Source: Candidatus Giovannonibacteria bacterium (lineage in GTDB: Bacteria > Patescibacteriota > Minisyncoccia > UBA11713 > 2-01-FULL-45-33). Taken from it: a DNA stretch of 64,000 nucleotides. The stretch covers positions 515,065 to 579,064 of the forward strand of contig CP066687.1 of the NCBI GenBank assembly GCA_016432405.1, written 5' to 3'. A model generated the notes under the pieces. That model was not told the DNA's origin, ran no database searches, and worked only from the letters and a program-made list of their open reading frames with translations. Position 1 is the first letter of the stretch. Each line of letters begins with the position of its first letter. Made by a program: the position numbers and the translations under genes. Positions 1 through 8,465 of this stretch are shown one piece after another.

Positions 1-276
1 CTTTCGCCGCTTTTTTTATCTCATATGACAGATTGTAATAAATAGCCGGTTCGCGTGCAGCGCTTAGCAATGTTATCGGACAATACTTGTCATCATCGCC
101 ACCTCCAAGAATAAATCTTAGCATGCATCCTCTGTCCAATACCGTCTTGCACCTTAGCGTCCTGACCGCCGCGCGTAGCGCTTTCAAAAACTGCTTTTCG
201 TCAATCATTTGCCCGCCTCCTTCCGAAACCAAAATTTTGCTTTCTTGGCCTATGCTAGCAAGAGGAACAAATTAAA

Positions 277-1953
277 TCAATAGTCCATGTGGCCACCCAT
301 GCCGCCGCCCATTGGATGTCCGCCAGCTGGCGGATTCTTTTCCGGAATCTCTGTGACGGCGGCGCCGACGGTGAGATAATTCGCCGCTACGGAAACGGCG
401 TTTTGAAAAGCGATTTTTACGACCTTCAGCGGGTCAATAATGCCGGCTTCTTTGAGGTCGCCGATTTTATTGGTTGCGGCGTTAAATCCCAGCCATTGCG
501 CTTTGTTATCGTCTCCATTATTTGCCTTTTTTTGCTTTACCAATTCATCAATAATTTTATTTACGGATTCTCCGCTATTTTGAATGATGGCCTCTACGGG
601 GGCTCTTAGCGCTTTATTCAAAATCCCGGTAGCGGCCAGGGTAGCAGAAACGGCATGTTCAATAATTTCTCCCTGTGCCGAAACAACCAAATTAAACAGG
701 GCGATTCCTCCGCCCGGAACAATTCCTTCCTCCATCGCGGCGCGGGTTGCCGAAACAGCATCTTCCACTCTTTGTTTTAATTCTTTCTGGGCGGATTCCG
801 TGGGCGCGCCTACTTTAATCACGGCAACGCCTCCGGAAAGTTTGCCGACTCGTTCCTGCAAATTTTTCTTTTCGTATTCCGAGTCCGTCTTTTTAATTTG
901 CGCGCGGATTTGGGCAACTCTTTCTTCTATCGCCTTTTTGTTTCCCTTTCCGCCCACAATCGTGGTGTTGTCTTTGTCCGCCACAACGCGGTGCGCGTGT
1001 CCCAGCTGGCTCACCTCCGTGTTCTCCAGCTTCCTCCCCAAATCCTCCGAGATAAATTCCGCGCCGGTCACAACTGCGATGTCCTGCAGCATCTCTTTTC
1101 TCCTGTCGCCGAATCCCGGCGCTTTTACGCCCAAAACATTAAGCACGCCCCGGAGTTTGTTGACCAAAAGGGCCGCGAGCGCCTCGCCCTCAATTTCATC
1201 GGCAATCAAAACCAGTTCTTTTTTGCCGGTTGCCAAAACCTTTTCCAATAATTTTAAAATATCCTGAATAGACGAAATTTTTTTATCGGTCACCAAAATA
1301 TAAGGGTCTTCCAGTTCGGCAGTCATTTTCTCCTGATTGGAAATCATGTAAGGAGAAACGTATCCGCGGTCAAACTGCAGGCCCTCAACCATTTCGTGCG
1401 AGCTGCCGACGGTGTTGGAATCCTCAATAGTCACAACGCCGTCCCGCCCGACTTTGGACATCACTTCCGCCAAAAGTTTGCCGATCTCCGCGTCTTTTGC
1501 CGCAAGCGTCGCCACCTCCTGCAATTTTTTATTGTCGGAAACGTCTTCTTTTTGCTGCTCCAGCGCCTTCACCACGTCCTCGCTTCCTTTTTTAAGTTCC
1601 TCGGCGAGCTGAATAACATTAAAGCCCTTTTCGTGTATCGCCCGCTCGCCTTCTTCAATAATCGCGTGCGTCAAAACAACGGCGGTTGTGGTGCCGTCGC
1701 CAACGCGGTCGTTGGTTTTGTCGGCGGCTTGTTTTATAAACTCCGCTCCCAAGTTTTCCCATTTGTCCGAAAGCTCAATTTCTTTGGCAACTGTCACCCC
1801 GTCAAAAGTCACCTGCGGCGCGCCGTATCCTTTTTCAATAACCACGGCTCGGCCGCGCGGTCCCAAAGTCATCCGCACCGCCTCGGCCAATTTGTCTATG
1901 CCTTTTTTAATGGCGCTCCGCGCCTCTTCGTTAAATTTTATTTGTTTTGCCAT
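277..1953 (-). CDS. groL: Chaperonin GroEL (60 kDa chaperonin)
   Basis: 558 aa. N-term MAKQIKF..., motif GDGTTTA, C-terminal GGM repeat tail (GGMGGHMDY). Immediately downstream of groES on the same strand. Confidence 0.97.
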   Translation of the reverse strand: MAKQIKFNEEARSAIKKGIDKLAEAVRMTLGPRGRAVVIEKGYGAPQVTFDGVTVAKEIELSDKWENLGAEFIKQAADKTNDRVGDGTTTAVVLTHAIIEEGERAIHEKGFNVIQLAEELKKGSEDVVKALEQQKEDVSDNKKLQEVATLAAKDAEIGKLLAEVMSKVGRDGVVTIEDSNTVGSSHEMVEGLQFDRGYVSPYMISNQEKMTAELEDPYILVTDKKISSIQDILKLLEKVLATGKKELVLIADEIEGEALAALLVNKLRGVLNVLGVKAPGFGDRRKEMLQDIAVVTGAEFISEDLGRKLENTEVSQLGHAHRVVADKDNTTIVGGKGNKKAIEERVAQIRAQIKKTDSEYEKKNLQERVGKLSGGVAVIKVGAPTESAQKELKQRVEDAVSATRAAMEEGIVPGGGIALFNLVVSAQGEIIEHAVSATLAATGILNKALRAPVEAIIQNSGESVNKIIDELVKQKKANNGDDNKAQWLGFNAATNKIGDLKEAGIIDPLKVVKIAFQNAVSVAANYLTVGAAVTEIPEKNPPAGGHPMGGGMGGHMDY

Positions 1954-1954
1954 G

Positions 1955-2278
1955 TTATTCTATAATCGCTAGAATATCCTCTTCTTTGGCTATTAAATAT
2001 TCCTTGTCGTCCCCGCCTGCCGACGAGGCAGGAATTTTTATCTCTGTCGGCCCGTATTTGGAAAATAAAACTTTATCGCCGGCTTTTACCGAAAGCGGCT
2101 GGAGCGTTCCGTTTTCTAATCTTTTCCCTTCCCCCACGGCAATAATTTTTCCCTCCTGTGGCTTTTCCTTGTCCGCGGTGTCCGGTATTAAAATCCCTCC
2201 CTTTGACTGCTTGGCTTTTTCCTCGTCAGACAATGGCTCAATCAAAACCCTGTCGCCTAACGGCTTGATATTAAGCAT
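1955..2278 (-). CDS. groS: Co-chaperonin GroES
   Basis: 107 aa, [15 protein letters not shown]... is the typical GroES N-terminus. 1 nt from the groEL start. Confidence 0.95.
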   Translation of the reverse strand: MLNIKPLGDRVLIEPLSDEEKAKQSKGGILIPDTADKEKPQEGKIIAVGEGKRLENGTLQPLSVKAGDKVLFSKYGPTEIKIPASSAGGDDKEYLIAKEEDILAIIE

Positions 2279-2391
2279 GGCTTAAAATTTCTAATTTCTA
2301 ATTATTCTAATTTCTAATCAAATCCCAATTTCTAATGTTTAATTAGGTCAATTAGAAATTAGGTTAATTAGTCATTCCCGCTTTAGCGGGG

Positions 2392-2418
2392 TTGGCACTC
2401 CTGACCTCCGAGTGCTAA
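2392..2418 (-). promoter_or_regulatory. CIRCE operator (HrcA binding site) upstream of groES-groEL
   Basis: TTGGCACTC-N9-GAGTGCTAA, a near-perfect match to the CIRCE consensus TTAGCACTC-N9-GAGTGCTAA. Lies in the groES leader on the minus strand. Confidence 0.85.
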
Positions 2419-2423
2419 TGGGT

Positions 2424-2453
2424 ATATTACCAAAACGCCCATATCTTAGTCAA
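2424..2453 (-). promoter_or_regulatory. Putative sigma70-type promoter of groES-groEL (minus strand)
   Basis: Minus strand reads TTGACT (2448-2453), 18 nt spacer, TAATAT (2424-2429). This places the transcription start inside CIRCE, as in Bacillus groESL. Confidence 0.5.
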
Positions 2454-2509
2454 GGTTTCAGGCCCCGCTGTGGATTTAAAAAATGGCATTTCTGCGCATA
2501 TTTTGCTTT

Positions 2510-3070
2510 TTATTTAAAATCAAGAATTTTTAATAATTTTTCTGCTATTGCTCTCCTTTCGGGTAAAGATTTTTTAATCGAGAGTTCATATCGTGCCGCA
2601 AGGTTAATAATTTTGCTAAAGCTGATTTTGGCCACTTTTTGATTATCAACAAAGAAGATATACATTACTTTTAGAGTTTTTGAATAACATTCCCAAAATT
2701 CTAAATTTCTAGCCAAATAATCAAATAAAATTTGATAAATACGGCTCATTTTATATTTCCTCCTTTTATAACCAAAACCAATCGCCCAACAAATAACAGA
2801 GTAACGGCTTCGGTACAGATTATTCTTCATTTTTTCAGGGCGATTAGTCAAAGGTGCTATAGTCAAGCCAGCAAAAGCAGAAGCAAACGGTCCTCGTATA
2901 TACTTTGCCTCAATTAATAAAACTTGTTTTTTTCGTTCGACTTGTAAATCCCATCCGGTTTCTGACATACCTCTTGACCGATCTTTTCTCGTCCATTTTG
3001 CCCCTGAGCGTTTGGGGTCTAAAAAATATTTTTCCAAAGGATTAACGACAAATTTTTCTTCTTGCGTCAT
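2510..3070 (-). CDS. Hypothetical protein, possible PD-(D/E)XK nuclease fold
   Basis: 186 aa ORF in an AT-rich segment between groES and uvrA. Contains GWDLQVERKKQVLLIEAKY, which resembles a D...(D/E)xK nuclease core. No family recognised with confidence. Confidence 0.55.
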   Translation of the reverse strand: MTQEEKFVVNPLEKYFLDPKRSGAKWTRKDRSRGMSETGWDLQVERKKQVLLIEAKYIRGPFASAFAGLTIAPLTNRPEKMKNNLYRSRYSVICWAIGFGYKRRKYKMSRIYQILFDYLARNLEFWECYSKTLKVMYIFFVDNQKVAKISFSKIINLAARYELSIKKSLPERRAIAEKLLKILDFK

Positions 3071-3201
3071 ACTTTATTATCCCAACAATCAATAGCTCTG
3101 TTTTTGCTTATTTTGCTTAATTTATTAGGCGACACTTTTTTGCCATACACTGTTTTCTCACGATCGTGGCAAAACGATGTATGTAGGAAATCGTTATGAT
3201 T

Positions 3202-6200
3202 TTATAGTATTCTACGCAACCACTCTCCGGTGTATGATTTTTTGTGGGAGGCGATCTCTTTCGGGGCGCCTTCGGCGACCACCTCCCCGCCGTTGCCGCC
3301 GCCGTCCGGACCGAGGTCAATTATCCAGTCGGCGTTTTTTAAGACGTCCAAATTATGTTCAACAACCAAGACGCTGTTGCCTTTATCCACCAGTGCGGAG
3401 AGAATATTTAAAAGTTTTTGGATATCGTCAAAATGGAGGCCAGTTGTCGGCTCGTCTAAAATATAAAGAGTTCGCCCCGTGGCTTTTTTGGAAAGCTCAA
3501 ACGCGAGCTTCACTCTCTGCGCCTCGCCGCCCGAAAGCGTCGTCGCCGGCTGGCCCAGCTTCATGTATCCCAAGCCAACCTCAACGAGAGTTTTCAGGCG
3601 CTGGTCAATTTGCGGAATGTCTTTAAAAAACTTATGCGCCTCTTCTATTGATAAATCCAAAACATCGGCGATATTTTTATTTTGATACAAAATTTCCAGC
3701 GCTTCTTTATTGTACCGCTTGCCGTGGCATTCCTCGCATTCCACGTAAATATCCGGCAAAAAATACATCTCTATTTTTTTAACCCCCTGCCCTTCGCAAA
3801 CCTCGCATCTCCCGCCTTTGACATTGAAGGAGAAGCGTCCCGATTTGTATCCACGGGCGCGCGCCTCAATAGTCCGCGCGTAAATTTCGCGTATAAACGA
3901 AAACACTCCGGTGTAAGTCGCGGGGTTGGAGCGCGGCGTGCGTCCGATGGGTGACTGGTCCACCAACACCGCCTTATCAATATTTTCCAAACCCTCAATT
4001 TTTTTATGCTTGCCCGGCTCTTCTTTTGAGCCGTAAAAATATTTCAAAAGCGCCTTTGCCAAAATGTCGGAGATGAGCGAGGATTTCCCCGACCCCGAAA
4101 CTCCGGAGACGGCGACCAGCTTGCCCAAAGGAATCTTTACGTCAATATTTTTAAGATTGTGCTCGGAAGCGCCTTTGATGGTCAACTTATCCGCACTTGC
4201 CTTGGCGCTAGGTTTTGCAAGGACACGCATATTCGCCTGCTGGCGAATTGCTCTGCTCGCCCCGTCGGTCTGCGCAAGGTCTTGCAAAACCTGCGCCTTC
4301 GGCTCGCTTTTCACTTCTTTTCTGCCAGACAAATATTCCCCAGTCAAAGTTCTCGCGCGTAAAAGTTCTTTATAAGTTCCTTCAAAAATAACTTGGCCGC
4401 CGCGCTTGCCGGCGCCTGGACCCAAATCAATTATCCAATCGGCTTCCTTCATCGTCTCGGCATCGTGCTCCACAACTAATACGGTATTCCCCAAATCGCG
4501 CAAATCTTTCAGCGTTTTAATCAGCCGCGCATGGTCTCTTGCATGGAGCCCGATTGACGGCTCGTCTAAAACGTAAATCACTCCCGTCAAGGCCGAGCCG
4601 ATCTGAGTCGCAAGCCGCACCCTCTGCGCTTCGCCACCTGCCAGCGTCGTGGACTCGCGGTCTATGGTCAGGTAATCCAAACCCACCTCCAACAAAAATT
4701 CCAGCCGCCGCAAAATTTCTCTAAGCAACGGACGCAAAGCGCCACCTCCCCCAACCCCCTCCTTCGTAAGGAGGGGAATAAAAAAATTTCTTGCATCCGA
4801 AATAGTAAGAGCGGAAATCTCGGCAATATTTTTGTCGGCGTAGGTTACGGCCAGCGCTTCCGGCTTAAGCCGCCTGCCCTTGCAGACGGGGCATTGCTCC
4901 ACGCGCATGTATTTTTCTATTTCTTCTCTAGTCCATTCCGATTCCGTTTCTTTCCACCTGCGTTTCAAGTTTTCGATTACTCCTTCGAAACCGCCCGGCT
5001 CCTCGAAACCGGGTTTTGGGACTGCCAAAAAACCCGGTTTCTTCCCGCCGGGCGGTGTTGAGGAGCGAGGCGAATCACCATACAAAATTATTTTCTTTAT
5101 TTTCTCCGGCAATTTCGCGTAAGGCGTGTTTAGAGAAAATCCGTGCCTCTCCGCCAAATCAGATAAAATCCACCAATACCAGGATTGCCGCCCGACTTTG
5201 TGCGAAGCCGTTGCCCATGCCCTGATAGCTCCTTCCGCCAGTGTCAAATTTTTATTTGGGATAACCAAATCCGGCTCAACCTCCAAGGTGCTTCCCAAAC
5301 CGGTGCAATGCGGACAGGCGCCGTAGGGAGAATTGAAAGAAAAAAGGCGCGGTTCAATCTCCGGCAAAGAAACGCCGCAATCCGGGCAGGCAAAGTGCTC
5401 GGAAAAAAGCTGGTCATTTACCCCCACACCAAAATCTTTGGTGTGGGGGTTTATCAATACCAGCCCTTTCCCAATCTTCAGCGCCGTCTCCAAGGACTCG
5501 CGGAGTCGCGGCCTGTCAAGCTCCTTGTCAATGACTAATCTGTCCACCACCACTTCAATATTATGGGCTTGTTTAGGATTCAATCCGCCAGCCGGCGGAT
5601 TTTCCGCTTCGTCCAAGCGCATTATTTCTCCGTCCATCCTCACTCGCAAAAATCCTCCGCGGCGAACCATTTCCAAAATGCTTTTGTGCTCGCCTTTTTT
5701 GCCTCTGACCACGGGCGCGAAAATATCTATCCGCGAGCCGTTCTTTAACCCGCCTGCGCGGGCAGGTTTCAAAATGTGATTTAAAATTTCGTCCGCGCTC
5801 TGCCTGCCTATTTTTTTGCCGCATTTCGGACAGTGCGGCTCACCGGCACGCGCGAATAAAATACGGAGGTAATCGTAAACTTCCGTAATTGTGCCGACGG
5901 TTGAGCGCGGATTTTTTGCCACGCTTTTCTGGTCAATGGCGATGGCCGGCGAAAGGCCGGAGATGGAATCGGCTTCCGGCTTTTCTTTAACGCCCAAAAA
6001 TTGCCGCGCGTAGGAAGAAAGCGACTCCACAAACCGCCTTTCGGCTTCGGCGTAAATAGTGTCAAAAGCCAGAGATGATTTTCCGGAGCCGGAAAGCCCG
6101 GTGATAACCACGAGTTTATTTTTCGGAATATCCAAATCAATATTTTTAAGGTTATGCACCCTCGCTCCCCTAATCCTTATAAAATTTTTGCCGCTCTCTC

Positions 6201-6210
6201 TCGCTTCCAT
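3202..6210 (-). CDS. uvrA: Excinuclease ABC subunit A (UvrA)
   Basis: 1002 aa, N-term [14 protein letters not shown], two ABC ATPase modules ([20 protein letters not shown]), zinc-finger cysteines. Carries two in-frame palindromic insertions (see repeat features). Confidence 0.97.
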   Translation of the reverse strand: MEARESGKNFIRIRGARVHNLKNIDLDIPKNKLVVITGLSGSGKSSLAFDTIYAEAERRFVESLSSYARQFLGVKEKPEADSISGLSPAIAIDQKSVAKNPRSTVGTITEVYDYLRILFARAGEPHCPKCGKKIGRQSADEILNHILKPARAGGLKNGSRIDIFAPVVRGKKGEHKSILEMVRRGGFLRVRMDGEIMRLDEAENPPAGGLNPKQAHNIEVVVDRLVIDKELDRPRLRESLETALKIGKGLVLINPHTKDFGVGVNDQLFSEHFACPDCGVSLPEIEPRLFSFNSPYGACPHCTGLGSTLEVEPDLVIPNKNLTLAEGAIRAWATASHKVGRQSWYWWILSDLAERHGFSLNTPYAKLPEKIKKIILYGDSPRSSTPPGGKKPGFLAVPKPGFEEPGGFEGVIENLKRRWKETESEWTREEIEKYMRVEQCPVCKGRRLKPEALAVTYADKNIAEISALTISDARNFFIPLLTKEGVGGGGALRPLLREILRRLEFLLEVGLDYLTIDRESTTLAGGEAQRVRLATQIGSALTGVIYVLDEPSIGLHARDHARLIKTLKDLRDLGNTVLVVEHDAETMKEADWIIDLGPGAGKRGGQVIFEGTYKELLRARTLTGEYLSGRKEVKSEPKAQVLQDLAQTDGASRAIRQQANMRVLAKPSAKASADKLTIKGASEHNLKNIDVKIPLGKLVAVSGVSGSGKSSLISDILAKALLKYFYGSKEEPGKHKKIEGLENIDKAVLVDQSPIGRTPRSNPATYTGVFSFIREIYARTIEARARGYKSGRFSFNVKGGRCEVCEGQGVKKIEMYFLPDIYVECEECHGKRYNKEALEILYQNKNIADVLDLSIEEAHKFFKDIPQIDQRLKTLVEVGLGYMKLGQPATTLSGGEAQRVKLAFELSKKATGRTLYILDEPTTGLHFDDIQKLLNILSALVDKGNSVLVVEHNLDVLKNADWIIDLGPDGGGNGGEVVAEGAPKEIASHKKSYTGEWLRRIL
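4745..4780. repeat. GC-rich hairpin mini-element (family 2: CCCCTCCTT-N4-AAGGAGGGG) inserted in-frame in uvrA
   Basis: CCTCCCCCAACCCCCTCCTTCGTAAGGAGGGGA. The same 33-mer occurs as reverse complement in uvrC (7488-7520). Confidence 0.7.
4984..5065. repeat. Nested palindromic mini-element (family 1, KPGF-encoding) inserted in-frame in uvrA
   Basis: Outer IR CCGCCCGGC/GCCGGGCGG and inner IR GAAACCGGGTTTT/AAAACCCGGTTTC. Encodes ...[24 protein letters not shown]... within UvrA. Related copies at 33986-34062 and 57282-57382. Confidence 0.75.
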
Positions 6211-6219
6211 AAAGTTTTA

Positions 6220-6270
6220 ATTATAGGACGGATGTCAAGAGATTGCAACTTGCCCCGCAAAGAGTATAAT
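6220..6270. promoter_or_regulatory. Divergent uvrA/uvrC promoter pair sharing one palindromic -35 hexamer
   Basis: TTGCAA (6243-6248) reads the same on both strands. +strand: TTGCAA, 16 nt, TATAAT (6265-6270) for uvrC. -strand: TTGCAA, 17 nt, TATAAT (6220-6225) for uvrA, with the ATG about 10 nt after the -10 (near-leaderless). Confidence 0.5.
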
Positions 6271-6356
6271 AAGCCCAGAAGTACAGTAGCGAGGTAATCT
6301 TTATGGAAGAAAGTCTTTTACGGCTTTCTTTTTTATAGTTATGTTATTATCCATTC

Positions 6357-7727
6357 ATGCTTACCCGAAAGGGCTTTAAAAAAGCGCCGAATGCGCCCGG
6401 GATTTACTTTTTTAGAGATAAGGGCGGGAAGATTTTATATATCGGCAAGGCGGCAAATCTGCGCGCGCGGATCAGATCATATTTCGGAAAAGCTGCTAAG
6501 CCGCCACTTGGCGGCTTAGCCGCCAAGTTAAACTTAAGTTGGGAAGTTTTGGGCTCGGAAACAGAAGCGCTGATTCGCGAAGCGGAGTTAATTAAAAAAC
6601 ACCTGCCTAAATACAATGTTTTGATGCGCGACGACAAGCAGTATTTTTACGTCGGGTTTACAAAAGAAAAATTTCCGAAAATATTTATCACGCATCAACA
6701 AAACCGCGAAGCAAATTATATCGGCCCGTTCACTGAAGGCGGGGCGTTACGCTCCGTCCTCAAAACTCTCCGCCGCGCATTTCCATATTGCACATGCAAA
6801 AAATCCCATCCGCGCCCGTGCCTCAACGCGCGGATTGGGAGATGTTTAGGGTTTTGCTGTTTACCTCCCCATTCCCCTCCTTATCAAGGAGGGGACCAAG
6901 GGGAGGTCTATAAAAATAACATCCGCGCAATCAAAAAAATCCTTTCCGGCAACAACAAATCGCTTGCGTTCACGCTCAAAAAAGAAATGCATAAGCTCTC
7001 CGACGCCAGAAAATACGAAGAGGCCGGCAAAATCCGCGACCAAATCCGCGCGCTGGAAAAAATTTTTGAACACAGGGGAGTAATCAAGCAGGACTTGCCC
7101 ACAGAGTACCAAAAAGCCCTGCGGGCGCTGGAATCAATTTTAGGCGTATCCGGCATAAACCCCCACACCAAAAAGTTTGGTGTGGGGGTAAATAGAATAG
7201 AATCCTACGACATCGCCAATATTCATGGCCGATTTGCCTATGGCTCAATGGCTGTTTTCGCGAACGGCAAAATTCAAAAAAATGCCTATCGCCTGTTTAA
7301 AATTAAAACGGTCAAAGAGTCCAACGATCCCGCGATGCTTAAAGAGGTTTTGGAACGGAGATTAAAGCATCGCGAATGGCCGTATCCTGAAATTATTTTA
7401 GTGGACGGAGGAAAAAGCCAGCTTAGCGCGGCACTAAAAGCAATACCTCCCCTTGCCCCTCCTTATAAAGGAGGGGATAAAAAGAATAAGCTCCCCTCCT
7501 TACGAAGGAGGGGGTTGGGGGAGGTTATAAAATTCATTGCCCTCACCAAAAATAAAAAACATGTCGGCGACCATATTTTTATTTCCGGAAAAGCATCTCC
7601 TATCTCACTTGCCCGCCTCCCCGAACCGCTCAAAAATTTTATTTTAATGCTGGACTCCGAAGCCCATAGATTTGCGATTTCGCATTACAGAAAACTCCAT
7701 CGCAAAAGCTTGACTTTTAAAACCTAG
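6357..7727 (+). CDS. uvrC: Excinuclease ABC subunit C (UvrC), short form lacking C-terminal HhH
   Basis: 456 aa. GIY-YIG N-term (GIYFFRD...LYIGKA), Cys cluster, RNase H-like motifs (LVDGGKSQL, SEAHRFAI). Two in-frame hairpin insertions. Confidence 0.92.
   Translation: MLTRKGFKKAPNAPGIYFFRDKGGKILYIGKAANLRARIRSYFGKAAKPPLGGLAAKLNLSWEVLGSETEALIREAELIKKHLPKYNVLMRDDKQYFYVGFTKEKFPKIFITHQQNREANYIGPFTEGGALRSVLKTLRRAFPYCTCKKSHPRPCLNARIGRCLGFCCLPPHSPPYQGGDQGEVYKNNIRAIKKILSGNNKSLAFTLKKEMHKLSDARKYEEAGKIRDQIRALEKIFEHRGVIKQDLPTEYQKALRALESILGVSGINPHTKKFGVGVNRIESYDIANIHGRFAYGSMAVFANGKIQKNAYRLFKIKTVKESNDPAMLKEVLERRLKHREWPYPEIILVDGGKSQLSAALKAIPPLAPPYKGGDKKNKLPSLRRRGLGEVIKFIALTKNKKHVGDHIFISGKASPISLARLPEPLKNFILMLDSEAHRFAISHYRKLHRKSLTFKT
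6864..6906. repeat. Family 2 hairpin mini-element in-frame in uvrC (copy 1)
   Basis: CCTCCCC-ATT-CCCCTCCTT-ATCA-AGGAGGGG-ACCAA-GGGGAGG, a nested palindrome. Encodes PPHSPPYQGGDQGEV. Confidence 0.7.
7446..7524. repeat. Family 2 hairpin mini-element in-frame in uvrC (copy 2, tandem hairpins)
   Basis: CCTCCCC...CCCCTCCTTATAAAGGAGGGG...CCCCTCCTTACGAAGGAGGGGG...GGGGAGG. The 33-nt core matches the uvrA copy in reverse complement. Confidence 0.7.
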
Positions 7728-7740
7728 GTGCTAATTTAAT

Positions 7741-8020
7741 CCTAGTTTGGCATGGAAACGGGAATGGGCTTTTAGAGAAACTTGATAGTCCGGTCTGCGG
7801 GTATGCGCACTATCATACCCTATCGAGGAGTAGCTAAAAGCAACTTCTATCCAGGAGGATGGAGGGTTCGAGTCCCTCTTTTGGACCGGTCTGAAACGGG
7901 GAATTTAGGTAAGCGTAGGATAGGTGGGAGGCGATGAGGTCTTGCCTCTGGGCAAGGATTAGCCAACCTTGAAATACCACCCTTTCTAAAAATCCTAAAG
8001 TAAGATTCCATGCTGAACTC
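7741..8020 (+). ncRNA. Candidate structured non-coding RNA of unknown class (contains tRNA-like T-arm GGAGGGTTCGAGTCCCTCT)
   Basis: About 320 nt non-coding stretch between uvrC and secG with several stable helices (GGTGGG/CCACCC, CTTGCC/GGCAAG) and a canonical T-loop at 7861-7879. Followed by an intrinsic terminator. No complete tRNA or tmRNA could be folded by hand. Confidence 0.3.
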
Positions 8021-8060
8021 GGGGAGAGTGTCCTAGTACCTCTCCCCGTTTTACTTTTTT
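8021..8060 (+). terminator. Rho-independent terminator
   Basis: GGGGAGAG-TGTCCTAGTACC-CTCTCCCC hairpin followed by GTTTTACTTTTTT. Confidence 0.65.
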
Positions 8061-8237
8061 GGCTCATTGACTTCCCTATTTACACATGCTAACCTTAATA
8101 AATAATGCCAGGTAGTGAAATTTCGCATCACGGCGAAGCCGTAAGCAACTACTTTGGCAATGCTCTCAAACGTGATATTGTTTGCAAAAAATAAATATGT
8201 TTAGATTATAAAATAATGCGAAATTCTACTACCTGGA

Positions 8238-8456
8238 ATGCGTAATTTACTCCTCTGGGCTCAAATCGTGATTTCAGCGCTCTTGGTCGCGGCTATTTTG
8301 CTCCAGCAAAAAGGCGTGGGTTTAGGCGCGGCTTTCGGCGGAAGCGGCCAGATTTACAGGTCAAAACGGGGGCTGGAGAAAGGATTATTTATTGCTACGA
8401 TTGTACTCGGAGTATTATTCACCTTGACCGCTTTTATCACCCTCATTATCAAATAA
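8238..8456 (+). CDS. secG: Preprotein translocase subunit SecG
   Basis: 72 aa, two TM segments flanking LLQQKGVGLGAAFGGSG, the SecG signature region. Candidate promoter TTGCAA (8182-8187) ... TATAAA upstream. Confidence 0.8.
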   Translation: MRNLLLWAQIVISALLVAAILLQQKGVGLGAAFGGSGQIYRSKRGLEKGLFIATIVLGVLFTLTAFITLIIK

Positions 8457-8465
8457 ATTATCCCC

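Noticed and set aside
87-275. 62 aa ORF at the window start
   Set aside because: Pro/Ser-rich, no SD. Likely the non-coding region downstream of groEL. No support.
584-1965. Several plus-strand ORFs (227, 117, 189, 94 aa) inside groEL
   Set aside because: Antisense to a highly conserved gene, Ser/Ala-rich low-complexity translations. Spurious.
7741-8060. tmRNA (ssrA) hypothesis for the structured intergenic region
   Set aside because: A T-arm is present, but I found no complementary acceptor strands, no CCA context, and no tag-peptide ORF ending in Ala-Ala-stop. Kept only as an unclassified ncRNA candidate.
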